DNA from: Azolla caroliniana
Lineage: Eukaryota > Plantae > Polypodiophyta
Direction of reading: 5' to 3'
NCBI GenBank assembly: GCA_043228905.1
Contig: JBHGNT010000010.1
Span: 3,906,001 to 3,970,000, forward strand
DNA length: 64,000 nt
Part shown: one piece after another, positions 46,499 through 59,550 of the stretch
How the letters are laid out: each line of letters begins with the position of its first letter
How positions within the stretch are numbered: the first letter of the stretch is position 1
Notes under the pieces: generated by a model
What the model saw: the letters and a program-made list of their open reading frames with translations, nothing else
Told to the model about the DNA's origin: nothing
The model's database searches: none
Position numbers and translations under genes: made by a program

Positions 46499-49341
46499 TG
46501 TAGTACAGAAAGTAGCGCGGGTGTAGAAGTGGTGTAGCTAAGCACGTGAGTGTGAGAGTAAAGAATCGATGGTGATTCTTGTGCAGCGGAATAGATGTGC
46601 GCTATGTGCATATATGTGTGAGAGGAAAAGAGAGGAGAGAAAAGGGTGTATATTTCACAAGTAGAATAAGATTTACAAAATGTAGCATAACATGGAGTCA
46701 CAACCGACTTAGTATGAAGTGTGAGGAGGGCGCTTTATATATAGTCACCCTCTCTCTTCATTAACTAACTACAACAACCATTCTCTCTCTTGGGGAATGT
46801 GAAGACTCATTGTCATGGGGAATATGTAACTCATTAGTTATGTGTCATAGAATATGATTCTATGACACGTAGTTAATGTGTAGAGAGTAGTGGTGTGACT
46901 CTTGACCTTTGAGTAATCATAGATTCTCAAAAGGTGTGTTCACATGTTGCACTATGTTGAGCTTGATTCTCAACACGCCCCCTCAAGCTCAACTCAGGTC
47001 GGTTCCTTTCAATTGATGTCCGCTTCGACTGGTATCCGGTTCGGCTCGTACCCGGTTAGGACGGTATCCGGTTCTCGCTTGTACTCCCCCTCAAGCTTGG
47101 CAAATCTGGGATCGTCAATCCAAGGTTTGACATAAATTGCCGAAGCTTGTTGGCTCCTAGGGCCTTGGTGAAGTGGTCAGTTGTCTGAAGATTCGTGTTG
47201 ATATGTAGAAGATCGACATCTCCGGCCTGAACACGCTCTCGAATGAAGTGGTAGTGCACTTCAATATGCTTTGTGCTTGCGTGGAACACCGGGTTCCGAG
47301 CCAGATATATACTGCTCATGTTGTCGTAGTAAATGGGAGTCGGATCCTTGATGGGAATGCCTAGATCCTTCAAAATCCTCTTGAGCCATACAGCTTCACA
47401 TGCAGCTACGGTTGCGCCCCTATATTCGGCCTCCGTACTTGAAAGTGCGATAGTAGGCGGCTTCTTACTACTCCAAGATATTGCTCTGCTACTGAGCGAG
47501 AAGACAAATCCGGAGGTCGATCGTCGATCAGTTCTGTAGCCGGCCCAATCGGCATCCGTGTACCCTGCGAGTCGAATTGGTGTGGCTGATCCATTATGTC
47601 GTTCACGTATTGTAATACCCGCTTAGTGCAATCGAAATGGATATCTCGCAGAGTTTGCATGAATTGGCTAACGAGGCCGCGCACGTATCGTAATACCCGC
47701 TTAGCGCAATCGAAATGGATATCTTACAGAGTTTGCATGAATTGGCTAACGAGGCCACTCACGTATCGTAATACCCGCTTAGCGCAATCGAAATGGATAT
47801 CTCACAAAGTTTGCATGAATTGGCTAAGGAGGCCGACCGGATGGTTGAGGTTGGGTCGAGTAATCGTGAGATAGATGAGGCTCCCGATCAGTTGTCGATA
47901 TTGAGTCGGCTCGCACTCGTCTATGGCGGAGACCGCATCCAGTTTGAGGTTTCGATCGAGAGGGGTTGCCACAGATTTGCATTCTGTCATCCCGAACTTG
48001 TATAATAAGTTGAGAATGTAGTGTCGTTGAGAGATCATAATGCTAGTCGGAATCCGAATTATTTGGATGCCTAGGAAGTAATGAGTTCCTTCAAGTCCGT
48101 CATTTCGAATTTGTTGGAGAGGAGGGATTTCACCTTGTTGATGTCGACTAAACTTTCTCCTCCAGTGACTAGATCATCCACATATAGGATGATGACAATC
48201 GAGCTTCTAGGGTCGTTCTGTATATAGAGGGAGTTGTCGGATTTCAACATTCGACAACCGATTTGATGAAGATATTGTGTAATCTTCGAATGCCAAGCAC
48301 GCGGTGCTTGCTTGAGGCCGTAGAGTGGCTTCTTGAGTCGGCACACGGCTTTCAGATGAGTATGCGATTCGAAGCCGAGTGGTTATACCATGTATACCTC
48401 CTCTTCTAATTCCCCTTGAAGAAAGGCGTTCTTTACGTCCATCTGATGGAGGTGCCACCCTTTTGTTGCCGCAAGCGAACAGTCGTCATCTTTGCCACCG
48501 GGTCAAAGGTTTCCTCATAGTTGACTCCGTGTGTTTGTGCATATCCTTTCACTATGAGTTGAGCTTTGTAGCGGTTGATGGAGCCGTTGGCATTATGCTT
48601 CACCTTGTAGATCCATCTATAACCGATCGCCTTCTTATGCGGTGAATGGGAAACAATATCCATGTTTCGTTCTTGCAAAGTGCCCACATTTCCTCGTTCA
48701 TTGCTTCAACCCATCGCGGGTCCTTCACGGCTTCGGAAAAGGTTTCCGGCTCCCATACTGTCGCGACCTTCATCATAAAGGCGTAATGGTACACCATATA
48801 ATCGTTCTAGCCGAATCGGCTTACATGGTTCTTTTCACAGGTGGATCGGTGGAGGTTTTCGTTTGCAGATACTAAGGCTTTCTTCGCTCCATTTGTCCGG
48901 ATGTCAAGGCCTTCAAACTCAATATCGAGGGAGTGAGTCGATTCATTGCAGTCGAAGTGATCGTCTTCATACTCCGGCATTTTCGCCTTCCCTTTGTCCA
49001 GCTTCGGACTCAGACGAGATGTGCTTTGATCGCACAGAGGCTCTTGTGGCCCACTAAGCCTTGTCATAATTGGGCTTTCTTCGAACATGCGCGTGAGCTG
49101 ATCTTCGGCTTCTATCTCTATTTCGGTGGATTCTGGGTTGAGCGGAATCGGAGTCGAAGTTGTCTCTGGTGCGTACCAAGATGCGGAGTCGTCAAAAATT
49201 ACGTCTCGACTTACTCGAGATTTTCAAGTTGAGGGGTAATAGCACTTGTACCCCTTTCTCCAGTGAGTATCCTATGAGGATACATTTCTCCGACTTCAGG
49301 TCGAGATTTGGTCGCTTTTCATCGGGGATGTGCACATACAT
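46499..49341 (-). mobile_element. Ty1/Copia element 2, 5'-truncated (end of IN, RT, RH, PPT, 3' LTR ~46499-46975)
   Basis: YVHIPDEKR, WVEAMNEEM, LYGLKQAPRAW, ILYVDDL, TKHIEVHYHFIRE; PPT TTGAGGGGGCG followed by TGTTGAG. Confidence 0.9.
47604..47836. repeat. In-frame 78-bp triplication inside Copia 2 pol
   Basis: Units at 47604, 47682 and 47760 encode approximately GLVSQFMQTL.DIHFDCAKRVLRYV. Confidence 0.92.
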
Positions 49342-49768
<427 letters not shown>

Positions 49769-49769
49769 A

Positions 49770-52140
49770 GTTCGGAGTTGGGCTAGCTGCACTTGAGCCC
49801 TCATCTTATATCACACCACGCCTTCCACATGGATGCATTGAATCCATCCTCCAATTAGCATGAGGACCTTGGTTTGAGATCCATGTTTAGAATCCATTCC
49901 ACATGAGGGGCCAATTAGCCCTTGTTTGTGGCTTTAAGTAACTGAAGCGTAGTCTCGGTTGCATTTTCTAATAAACATCCCTTGGTTAGAGTCCTCCCAC
50001 CACAAATTTGGCGAGTAGTACTTTGGACTGTGAGAGGGGATCAATCAGACCCATCCCTCCTCTCGACTTGGGTGATGTGAGAACATACCACACCACCTTG
50101 GCCCGAGCTACATGATTTTCCTTACCATACCAAATGTAATTGCATACCAATCATTGAATCTGATGTATACTTCCTTTGGAGATTATCCAACATGATAGGT
50201 AGTACCAAGCTGTTGCAAGTAATGCCTGATTCACCACTATGATGTGTCCTGCCCGTGAGAGTTTTTTCGAGCTCCAATGTATCAACTTTTGTTGAATGGA
50301 GTGAATAATTGTGTGCAATCATCATCTCATGAGAAATGTTGAAGTCAATTTGGAAGCCCAAATACCTAGTGCTCGCTCCTTGGTTGATCCACGTGAAACT
50401 AGGATGTGGGTGTCAGGTTGGATGTGATTCATCAACGAGCCATATTGCATAGGATTTATGATAGTTGATCATGGTGTTTGATATCTCACAAAACAAGGAT
50501 AGTCCACTTTCTAACTTCTTTAGATTCTCCACATTCCCTTGCATGTAGACTATGGTATCATCCACAAATTCTATATCCATGAGGCATTGGTGAGAGTGTG
50601 ACACAGGAAGACCACGTAGGCTTTGATGCCACAAGTTGAGAAACCTAGAGAGTGCTTCTACGTATAATAGAAATAGGGATGGAGCAAGCAAGCATCCCTA
50701 TTGCACAGAGCGTGATATTTGGAAGAAGGGGCCCCTTTCACCCGTTATTGATACGCAATTGTTGGCATTTCTATAGAGGGTTGCAATGCCTTTAGTCCAT
50801 GACTATTGGAAGCCAAGTTTCCCCATTGCGTTTTCTAGAAAATTTCAGCACACCCTGTCATATGCTTTCTCAAAATCTAGACGCACCACATCTACCTTGT
50901 TGTTGGTACGTTTGGCAAGGGCTATTGCTTCCCAAAACGAGAAAAGGTTGTCCACGATGCCCTAATTTTTAACAAAACTTGTTTGGGAGCACTAAATGAG
51001 TTGAGGGAGAAGGGGTGTTAGGTGGCGTGCTTGTAGACAATATTGAGAAGATTTATGGGCCGAGGCCCGAGACTTACGGATGTCATTGGCATTCCCATCA
51101 CCTTTGGGAATGAGATGTATCATCCCTTGTCCAAATTCCTTCGGCATATTGCCAAATGTGATGATATCCTCATATGCTTGGAGGGTTCTTCTTTAATAAT
51201 ATCCCAAAGGTTAGACTTGAAAAAGTGAGGAGTTAGGCCATCAATTCCGAGGCAACTATCTGCATCCAATTCAGAGATAGCCTCCCATATTTCGATGATC
51301 GATAGGGAACGAGCAAGCTATGTATTCATTTCAATCATGCTTTCTGGAGTATTCTTTGGAGGATAATATCTTATGTCATGTCCTCCCCTGTGGCTAGTCA
51401 ATCTTCGGTAAGTAGGCATCTATAATAAGTTGTGGCTATGTTTCTCATTTCTCTGCCATCCTCTCGGTTGAGGTTGCGCATCACCGTTCTAGCATGCCTT
51501 GGCCCTTTGGATCGGAAGATTCCTTCGTGGTTTTGTCCCCTACTTGAATCCATCGAGCCATGCTTCCATGAAATTGCACGTCATAGATTGCCTTTTCTAC
51601 CATGAGGAGTTCTTGCTTGGCCATGGCAAGCTATCCTGCAATCTAACTACATGATATGGGTATCTCTGTTGGAGTTGTTGTAGGGTTATTAGTCCCTGCT
51701 TGGCTCTCTATCTCTTTTCCTGAGCGTCCTTGCTTCTAGTCTTGATGATCTCGTGTAATAAATTTGAGGCTCTTGTTAGTTTAGATAACACTTTCTTAGA
51801 TGATGATGAGTCATTGTCATGCAATGACCATTGGGTGGCGAGTTGTTCCTTCACCTCTATAACCGTGTAAATAGTGTGAGGGATTTGAGGCTGAAATGAA
51901 CTCCACATTTGGCGAATCTGAAAATAGCCAATTATCGGAGAGTGGTCGGGGAATGTTGTTCCTGGATCTATGCAACACTAGCCTCCGTTCACTTCGAGTG
52001 CTTGCCCCACATAGATGTGGTTGATGCAAGAGAGGGTGGATCCACTATTCCTCCCATCTGATTGGGTGAATAAAAGAGAATCACTTTTGCGTTAGAAATT
52101 AGCTAAATGCCAAATATCACGCAGGTTAAGGTGACGGGTT
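49770..52140 (-). mobile_element. Degenerate L1-type LINE ORF2
   Basis: LDFEKAYDRV, SVQ*GCLLAPSLFLLYVEAL, EFVDDT, RYLGFQI. Many stops; boundaries approximate. Confidence 0.85.
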
Positions 52141-53016
52141 GTTTTCTTTGTTAAAAAGTCTCTATTGAATGGTTGATTTGTCTATTAGCAACAATTTGTT
52201 GAAGGGTCGAAAGGACTACAAGCTATTCATCCAAGGGTCATGTATCAACAATGTAGGAAAAGGTTGTATTGGCGATCCATTCAATAGGGACCATGAATCC
52301 CCACTTTCTTCACAACCTGTTAGTAGTAGAGGAAACAAAAAGTAAAAAAAGACAAGCTTGTAATTAACCCTAGGGGTATTTGGGCAATATTTAATACTTA
52401 CTCTTACTCTTATGGTTTTTTTTCTAACCCAAAGGGTACTTTGGGGCTATATATATATATATGAAAATTATTGCATATTAATAATCCTGACATATAGACG
52501 CAAGAGTATGCAAGGTATACATAGAAGTGATGAATATCAATCCCTATGTGTACATGTGTACCTCTAGAGTTACATGATCAACCTCCTTGGCCAATTCATG
52601 TGAGCACCAATCAATTTTCATGCTAAGAGGAAGGAGGATGTGTGTCAACCAAAGAATGGAAAATTCTTAACACTAGAGGAAGGTCCTCTCCATGAAACTA
52701 TAGGTGTGCATGTCCATCATACACACAATGGCCCTTGAACGCAACCTATAACCTTAAAGATCCATATATTTAGTTGTATCACCTTTCATCAATGGTGTTG
52801 TTTTCAACCCTAGGGTTGCATGAAAAGTTATTTGTAGCACCACAATCTGAGCAAAGTCTTTAGTGTACATTATCTTTAACTAAAATGCTAAAATGTACAT
52901 TATTTTGTGAATCTATACAGAATAAATTGTTGGTTGGTTAGAATGTTTTAAAGTCTCACTGAAGTAAATAAAATTGTTTTCCCTATTGTATATAGCTACA
53001 TCCATATTTTAGATTA

Positions 53017-56000
53017 CTAATGTACACAACAGACTTTTTCTCCATTAATCACCTCTGTCTGACAGAATAAGTCATACAAACATTGATTTGGTGGCACAAT
53101 ATTACAAACCAAATGTGGCATTGATGCATCATCCATCTTGGAACTCTTCATTTCACATTCACCATCTTCCACAGCAATCGCTGCATAGATATTAGACATC
53201 CATACGTATAAAGTTGTTCTATCAGGATGCAATTGCATTGCATGATCAAAAGCCCATCTTCCAAGCTCGGCATTGCTATGTGTACGACATGAACCCAACA
53301 AGCGTAACCAAATTGACAGATCTACACGTGTTTGAATCCTCCCCAAGAGATCTTCCACTTGTTTGAAGTTCCCAGCACGGCCAAGGAGATCAACCATAAC
53401 CGCATGGTGGTTCACTTCCGGAGTCAAGCTATGATCTCGATGCATACATACAAGGTATTCAATACCTGTAAAAATATCTCCACCATGACTACAAGCTGAA
53501 AGAAGGGAAAGGAATGTGACCCCATTTGGATCAATACTGGTTTCCCGCATCTTCTCTAGACACTCTGAATTCTTCCCGTGACGGGCACAACCACTAAGGT
53601 ATGCATTCCATGATACCAAATCCGGGTCAAGAAGTCCATCAAATACTTCTTGACAATCTCCCATACTTCCAGAACTTCCATATGCATGAATTAGTGTGTT
53701 TGCGATCATCAAGTTTACTTCATATCCAGTTGACACAATGCCAAAATGAAGTTGCCTACATATTTCTAAACAGCTTGTGTCACCACAAGCTTGCAATGCA
53801 GAGACAAAGGCAGAAGGTGAGAATGACACACCATACTTATGCATCCTTTCATATATATGTAATGCACACTCTCCATTGCCTTGATCAACAAATGCGGAAA
53901 GGACCAAATTCCAAGCAGAACAACCATATTCGGGTGAATCATTGAGCACTTCAAGTGCCTTTGCAAGGCTACCACTCTTAATGTACATATTCACAAGGGT
54001 ATTATAAACAAATGCACCTAAAATAAGGCCCCTCTGCAGTGCATCAGCATGCAGTGCTTCACCTATTTCTAGTGATGCTGACTTTATCAATTGTCCCTCA
54101 ATAATAGCCTCCTCATCCTGTGCAAATCTACCACATGCCTGCAACAGGATAATGTACGTTAAATCATCAGGAACCACATTCTCTGCTACTATATGTTGGT
54201 ATAGCTGTAAAGATTTCACAGGTTGTCCTTGCTCGACAAAAGAAGAAAGCATCGCATTCCACGATACCACATTCCTCAGTGATAACCCATTAAGCACTTG
54301 TTGTGCTTCCATGAGCTTTCCACATTTCCCATACATGCTAATGAGGCTATTACTAACATGTGAATGAAAAGTATAACCCTTCCTGCGAGCATAACTATGT
54401 AATGCATGACCAATATCAGCAGCCACTATGGAGGTCAAGCATTCTTGTGAGTTGATACATTCATGTGTTTCTGCAAGAGTACCACATGCTTGAAGCGCTA
54501 TAACCAGTGCATACTGATCCATATTTACACCTTCTTCTTGCATTTGCCTATAACAAAGCAGAGCTTTACATCCAAGACCCTTTTCAACATACGCTAATAG
54601 CATCGCACTCCAGGCAACAACATCACGCTCAATCAATTCAAGAAAACTGTTTTCGGCTTCTTCTACCATTCCACACTTCCCGTACAAATTCACCAACGTG
54701 CTAACAACAAATGCATCCTCACTGAATCCCTTTCTTTCAACATCAGCATGTAAAGCAAGCCCAATATCTTGAGCTATCAGTTTAGTCCTTTTCGCACCTA
54801 TGACAACATCTTCTTCTTCCACTAGGTTGCTACATGCTTGAAGCGATATCGCAAAAGTGTGCCCATCTGGACTTACATTCTCTTCATACATCAATTTGTG
54901 TAGCATCAAGGCCATTCGTCCTTGTCCATGCTCCACATGCGCTAGAAGGATAGTGTTCCATGTGATTATATTACAACGTGACAAAATATAGAACACATTC
55001 TTTGCTTCGCCAAGGATACTGTGCTTACCATACATCATCACAAGTGTATTCCCAATGTGAGGGTGCGAATCTAGATTCTTTTTCCTAACATCTGAATGCA
55101 ACGCTCGGCCAATGCATAGAGAAGCCTCAAAATTCAATTCAAAATCTTCTTCCATTTCTTTATAGAAAAACAAATCTTTCTTACCTTTGTTAGGAGAAAT
55201 AATGCTACATGCTTGAAGGGATGCCATGTATGTTAGCTCATTGGGCTTCTCCCCTTCCTCTTGCATTTGTCTGTAGAGCAACAATGCTTTCGCACCTAGG
55301 TTATGGTCAACATAAACTGAAAGCATTGCATTCCATGACACCACATTTCGAGAGGACAAATCACGAAATACGCTCTCAGTTTCAGCTATATTTCCACACT
55401 TGCCATACATGCTGATAAGGGTGCTACCCACATAAATATCGGAAATGATCCCTTTTTCAATCGAATCGCAATGAAGTTTCCGCACTTCTTGGCAATCTCT
55501 TAAATTTCCACAAGCTTTTAAGAGGCTTACAAATACATATCCATCAGGTTCGAATCCACACTCACGCATATAGGTATGCATTCGGAGTGCTTCAAGGTTG
55601 TGACCATAATCGACATACCCCGATATAATAGATCTCCAAGAAATGACACTTTGAGTTGGCAAACAATACAGTGTATGGAGGGCATATTCAAGTGAACCAC
55701 ATTGTGAAAGATGGCAAAGCAAAGAAGTATCCAGCTTGTGTAGATTTTCCGACCGAGCCAAGGTAGAGTCTACCCAAGAGGGTTTGTAAGGACTGTTGAG
55801 CCACAAGGGTTGCTTGGTAGATCTATGGCGGAAATCAGGGTATGCTGGGGATTTCTTCGTATGCCGATAGTCGAGCCACTCTGCAGGGGTTGTGAAGAGG
55901 CTCTCCCAGAGCTTACTCTGCCTCTCTCCACGCATGATTTCTTTAGCTAAGTGTACACACCCTACTAACAATAGGCAACGGTTCGAGAGTGTCAAAACTG

Positions 56001-56049
56001 AACCATTTAAACATTTTGAAACTTGAACTGAACCGAACCACGAAACCAT
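53017..56049 (-). CDS. PLS-class (E-type, no DYW) pentatricopeptide repeat protein with an N-terminal OSB-type PDF motif; probable start ATG 55935
   Basis: 1010-codon intronless ORF with repeated P-L-S triplets (VVSWNAML.., YVFVSLLKACG, GSTLISMYGKCG) and an E region (HHAVMVDLLGRAG..WLRLLGSCRTH..YVWMSNIYA). N-terminal LWESLFTTPAEWLDYR..PAYPDFRH..LWL..PSWV. Confidence 0.95.
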   Translation of the reverse strand: MVSWFGSVQVSKCLNGSVLTLSNRCLLLVGCVHLAKEIMRGERQSKLWESLFTTPAEWLDYRHTKKSPAYPDFRHRSTKQPLWLNSPYKPSWVDSTLARSENLHKLDTSLLCHLSQCGSLEYALHTLYCLPTQSVISWRSIISGYVDYGHNLEALRMHTYMRECGFEPDGYVFVSLLKACGNLRDCQEVRKLHCDSIEKGIISDIYVGSTLISMYGKCGNIAETESVFRDLSSRNVVSWNAMLSVYVDHNLGAKALLLYRQMQEEGEKPNELTYMASLQACSIISPNKGKKDLFFYKEMEEDFELNFEASLCIGRALHSDVRKKNLDSHPHIGNTLVMMYGKHSILGEAKNVFYILSRCNIITWNTILLAHVEHGQGRMALMLHKLMYEENVSPDGHTFAISLQACSNLVEEEDVVIGAKRTKLIAQDIGLALHADVERKGFSEDAFVVSTLVNLYGKCGMVEEAENSFLELIERDVVAWSAMLLAYVEKGLGCKALLCYRQMQEEGVNMDQYALVIALQACGTLAETHECINSQECLTSIVAADIGHALHSYARRKGYTFHSHVSNSLISMYGKCGKLMEAQQVLNGLSLRNVVSWNAMLSSFVEQGQPVKSLQLYQHIVAENVVPDDLTYIILLQACGRFAQDEEAIIEGQLIKSASLEIGEALHADALQRGLILGAFVYNTLVNMYIKSGSLAKALEVLNDSPEYGCSAWNLVLSAFVDQGNGECALHIYERMHKYGVSFSPSAFVSALQACGDTSCLEICRQLHFGIVSTGYEVNLMIANTLIHAYGSSGSMGDCQEVFDGLLDPDLVSWNAYLSGCARHGKNSECLEKMRETSIDPNGVTFLSLLSACSHGGDIFTGIEYLVCMHRDHSLTPEVNHHAVMVDLLGRAGNFKQVEDLLGRIQTRVDLSIWLRLLGSCRTHSNAELGRWAFDHAMQLHPDRTTLYVWMSNIYAAIAVEDGECEMKSSKMDDASMPHLVCNIVPPNQCLYDLFCQTEVINGEKVCCVH

Positions 56050-56696
56050 TTAAACCCGAAACCGTTTAAACCGAACAGTTACAAAAAAATTCAAATCGTT
56101 AAACCGTTAAAACCGCGAATAATGTTAAACATTGTTGGAGAGAAACATGAGGATCAATAATAGCCATTGCCCTCCCCCACATCTGGTTAGGTATGTCGTG
56201 CATGGAGCCTCACATGCAAACATCATAATGTTTAAAATTTTTGAAACTTGAACTGAACCGAACCACAAAACCATTTAAACCTGAAACCGTTTAAACCGAA
56301 TAGTTACAAAAAAATTCAAATCGTTAAACTGTTAAAACCGCGAATAATGTTAAACATTGTTGGAGAGAAACATGAGGATCAATAATAGCCATTGCCCTCC
56401 CCCTCATCTGGTTAGGTATGTCGTGCATGGAGCCTCACATGCAAACATCATAATGTTAAACATTTAAAATTTTTGAAACTTGAACTGAACCGAACCACGA
56501 AACCATTTAAACCCGAAACCGTTTAAACCGAATAGTTACAAAAAATTCAAATCATTAAACCGTTAAAACCACGAATAATGTTAAACATTGTTGAAGAGAA
56601 ACATGAGGATCAATAATAGCCATTGCCCTCCCCCACATATGGTTAGGTTTGTCATGCATGGAACCTCACATGCAAACATCATAATGTTTAACATTG
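56005..56696. repeat. Three ~225-232-bp tandem repeats directly upstream of and overlapping the PPR ORF start
   Basis: ttgaaacttgaactgaaccgaacc.. at 56016, 56241 and 56473; rich in AAACCG. Confidence 0.93.
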
Positions 56697-57751
56697 TAGG
56701 GAATGAGGGTCAACAATCCCATAACCCCTTCTGTGACACCTACCTAGGTGTGCTTTGCCTCACATTTAAAACCTCATAATATTGAACATTGTCTTGCAAT
56801 ACGAGGGTCAGCCATCATTCACACCACCATGGTTAAAATTATCAAATTTACAAGTTTAACAAGGTAAACTAGTGCATTTTGTTTGAAATATTTCATGTAG
56901 ACATATGAAACCTTTTGTATGATTTATAAAGGGAATGCTCACATATCGTGTTTAGCACATAATGTCTTATTTTGCATCGATGTGTTTGTTGTATTATGAT
57001 TATGACTCACATGTGAATGATACATACAATTAATAGAATCCCCAAAATATGGTACCAAAAGATTAAATTGTTAGTTTCTTACTCATTGACAAAAGGTTTG
57101 CAATTGAAGTCACCATTTGTCCTTAACTGTGTTTCAATACAATCTTCCTTTTTCTTGCACAATTCACTCCTCAAGCTATTCTTCTTTATCTTAGTATTGA
57201 TTCCGATTATTGCAAATTTATTATAGGTTATCATTGAACTTATCCTTAACACCAAGGATGACAATGCCAACTTTTTGGAACTTGCAACTCTCTTTTAATG
57301 TGTAGTACCTAATCAATGTAATCTCTCTACAACATCATCCTTCATTCCATGAAACCTTGCATCAATATCAAGGAGCAAGTGTAGTTAGTAACTTTAATAT
57401 GCCAACAAAGTAGAGGATGGTGTATTTGTCATGCATACTAATTATCCTTTGGGCCAAGATCCTTGCTAAATTCATTTTGCAGTATGGTGGTGAGTCATAA
57501 GAAGAGCAAAAGAGATTTCAATCGCAAGACGAGGAGAACAAGGCTCTTCTCTATTGGCATGAACTTCATTGGTATATAGAAAGTCCCGAGTGTTGATTCA
57601 TGCATGCTTCAAGAAGCTTAAATCTTCTCCGCGTATATTAGGGCGTCAATGGACTCTAATTGTGTAACCAATATATAAAGAGCTATTGTCCATATCATAT
57701 AAAAGATCTTTAATGCCTATATTATGTACCCTCCTATCATTAATAACAAAT

Positions 57752-59550
57752 TTAGTCATCACTAGAATTCCAATTATTTCTTCTCTTTCAATCAATTGCC
57801 CTCTCATACTAATTTATTAGTTGTAGGTTTTGATGCCAATGTCAAGGCACTTGGAATTTACCAGCTAAAGCACACGTGTACAGAAAATGTGCCAAACTAA
57901 GGTAGGAGTGAAAAATGTACTCAAAGATCTACAGTAAACACTTATGTAGTATATAGGCCCATGTCTTTCTTCACCAACCATCTTTAGTTGAACCTATTTC
58001 TAACATAAATTGCACATGCATGCTTTTCTCATTACACCTAGGGTTGAAGCCCTTGCACTTCCTACTCTAGTACACTTAAGCTTTTCCCAAGAGTAATGGC
58101 CACATGGTATAGGCATATGTTTTTCTTCACCAACCATCTTTAGTTGAGCCTATTTCTAACATAAATTGCGCATGCATGCTTTTCACATTACACCTAGGGG
58201 TGAAGCCCTTGCCCTTGCCCTTGCTACACTAGTACAATTAAGCTTTTATCAAGACCAATGACCTCATGGTATTACTATTCTCCTACCACGTGGATCATAT
58301 AAGCCATTAGTTGAAATTATGGCGATTTTACTCTATTACTAAAATTTTGGGGATGTTGTCGTAATCATTGTCAATGTCAAACTATTTTGTCTTGACTTGA
58401 TTTACTTTTAATGATGCACCTTTGTTGATGGTCCATTTTGAGTATGTGAATGCATGGGATTAATTTCGTTATATTAGTGATCATGTTAATGAAGATGTAT
58501 GTTGCAAGCATAAAAGTGGTACATTTTTTTGTTGACATTTTTTTATGTGTCCAACTTTGCACATTTAAGTACATATAAATGAGGGGCTCATTTTTACCGA
58601 GGGAAGATGTCTAACCCCATGTTGTGTTCAGTGAGGGAGTCAGAATACATGTCATGGAACAAGATGAATAACACCTTGCATACTTTTGGAAAACTTTCAA
58701 TTGTGTAGACTCATATCATTAAAAATAATTTTAGTCATTTTGAGAATTCTAATTATTTCTTCTCTTTCATGCAATTACCCTCTCTCCTTCTAATTTATTA
58801 GCTATAGGTTTTGATGCCAATGTGAGTGCATTAGGAATATACCAACTAAGGCACATGTGCACAAAAAACTTATCAAACTACTACTGAAGGAGTGAAAAAT
58901 GTGCTAACCCTAACACTTGCATTATTTCATAGGATACATTTGTATGTTTTTCTTGACCAGCCCTTTGTAGTTGAATATATTTTTAACATAAATTTCACAT
59001 GCATGATTTCCCTATTGTACCTAGGGTTGAAGCCCTTGCATGTTCTGCATTAGTACAATTAAGCTTTTCTCAAGAACAATGACCACATGGTATTAGTAAT
59101 TACTATTGTCTTACCATGTGGATCATATTAGTCATAGTTGAAATTATGGCGACTTTACTCTACTCTTTAAAATATTAGTATGTTATCCTAATGATTGTTA
59201 GTGTCAAATCATTATGCCATGGCTTGGTTTTCTTTTGATGATGTGCCTTGTTTATGGTCAGTTCGTGCATATGAGTGGCATTAATTTTGTTGTATTTGTG
59301 ATCAAGATTTGGGATAGTTTCGAGGTTTTATTTGTCATAAATTCATGTCAATGAACATGCATGGTGCAAGCATTAAAGTGGTACACTTTTTGTGCTCATC
59401 TTGTTTTAACCTATTGTGCATTTAAGTACGCATACAACGAGGGGCTCGTTGGGAAGTTTTGTGACCCCACATTGTGTTTAGTGAAGGAGTCAGCTTACAT
59501 TTCATGGAACAAGACAAAAAACACCTTGCAACTTCTAAAAAAGCCTTCAA
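57752..59550. repeat. Old ~1-kb tandem duplication with an internal ~160-bp sub-duplication
   Basis: aattatttcttctctttca..ggttttgatgccaatgt at ~57772 and ~58751; cctagggttgaagcccttgc-like motif at ~58037, ~58192 and ~59020. Confidence 0.8.
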
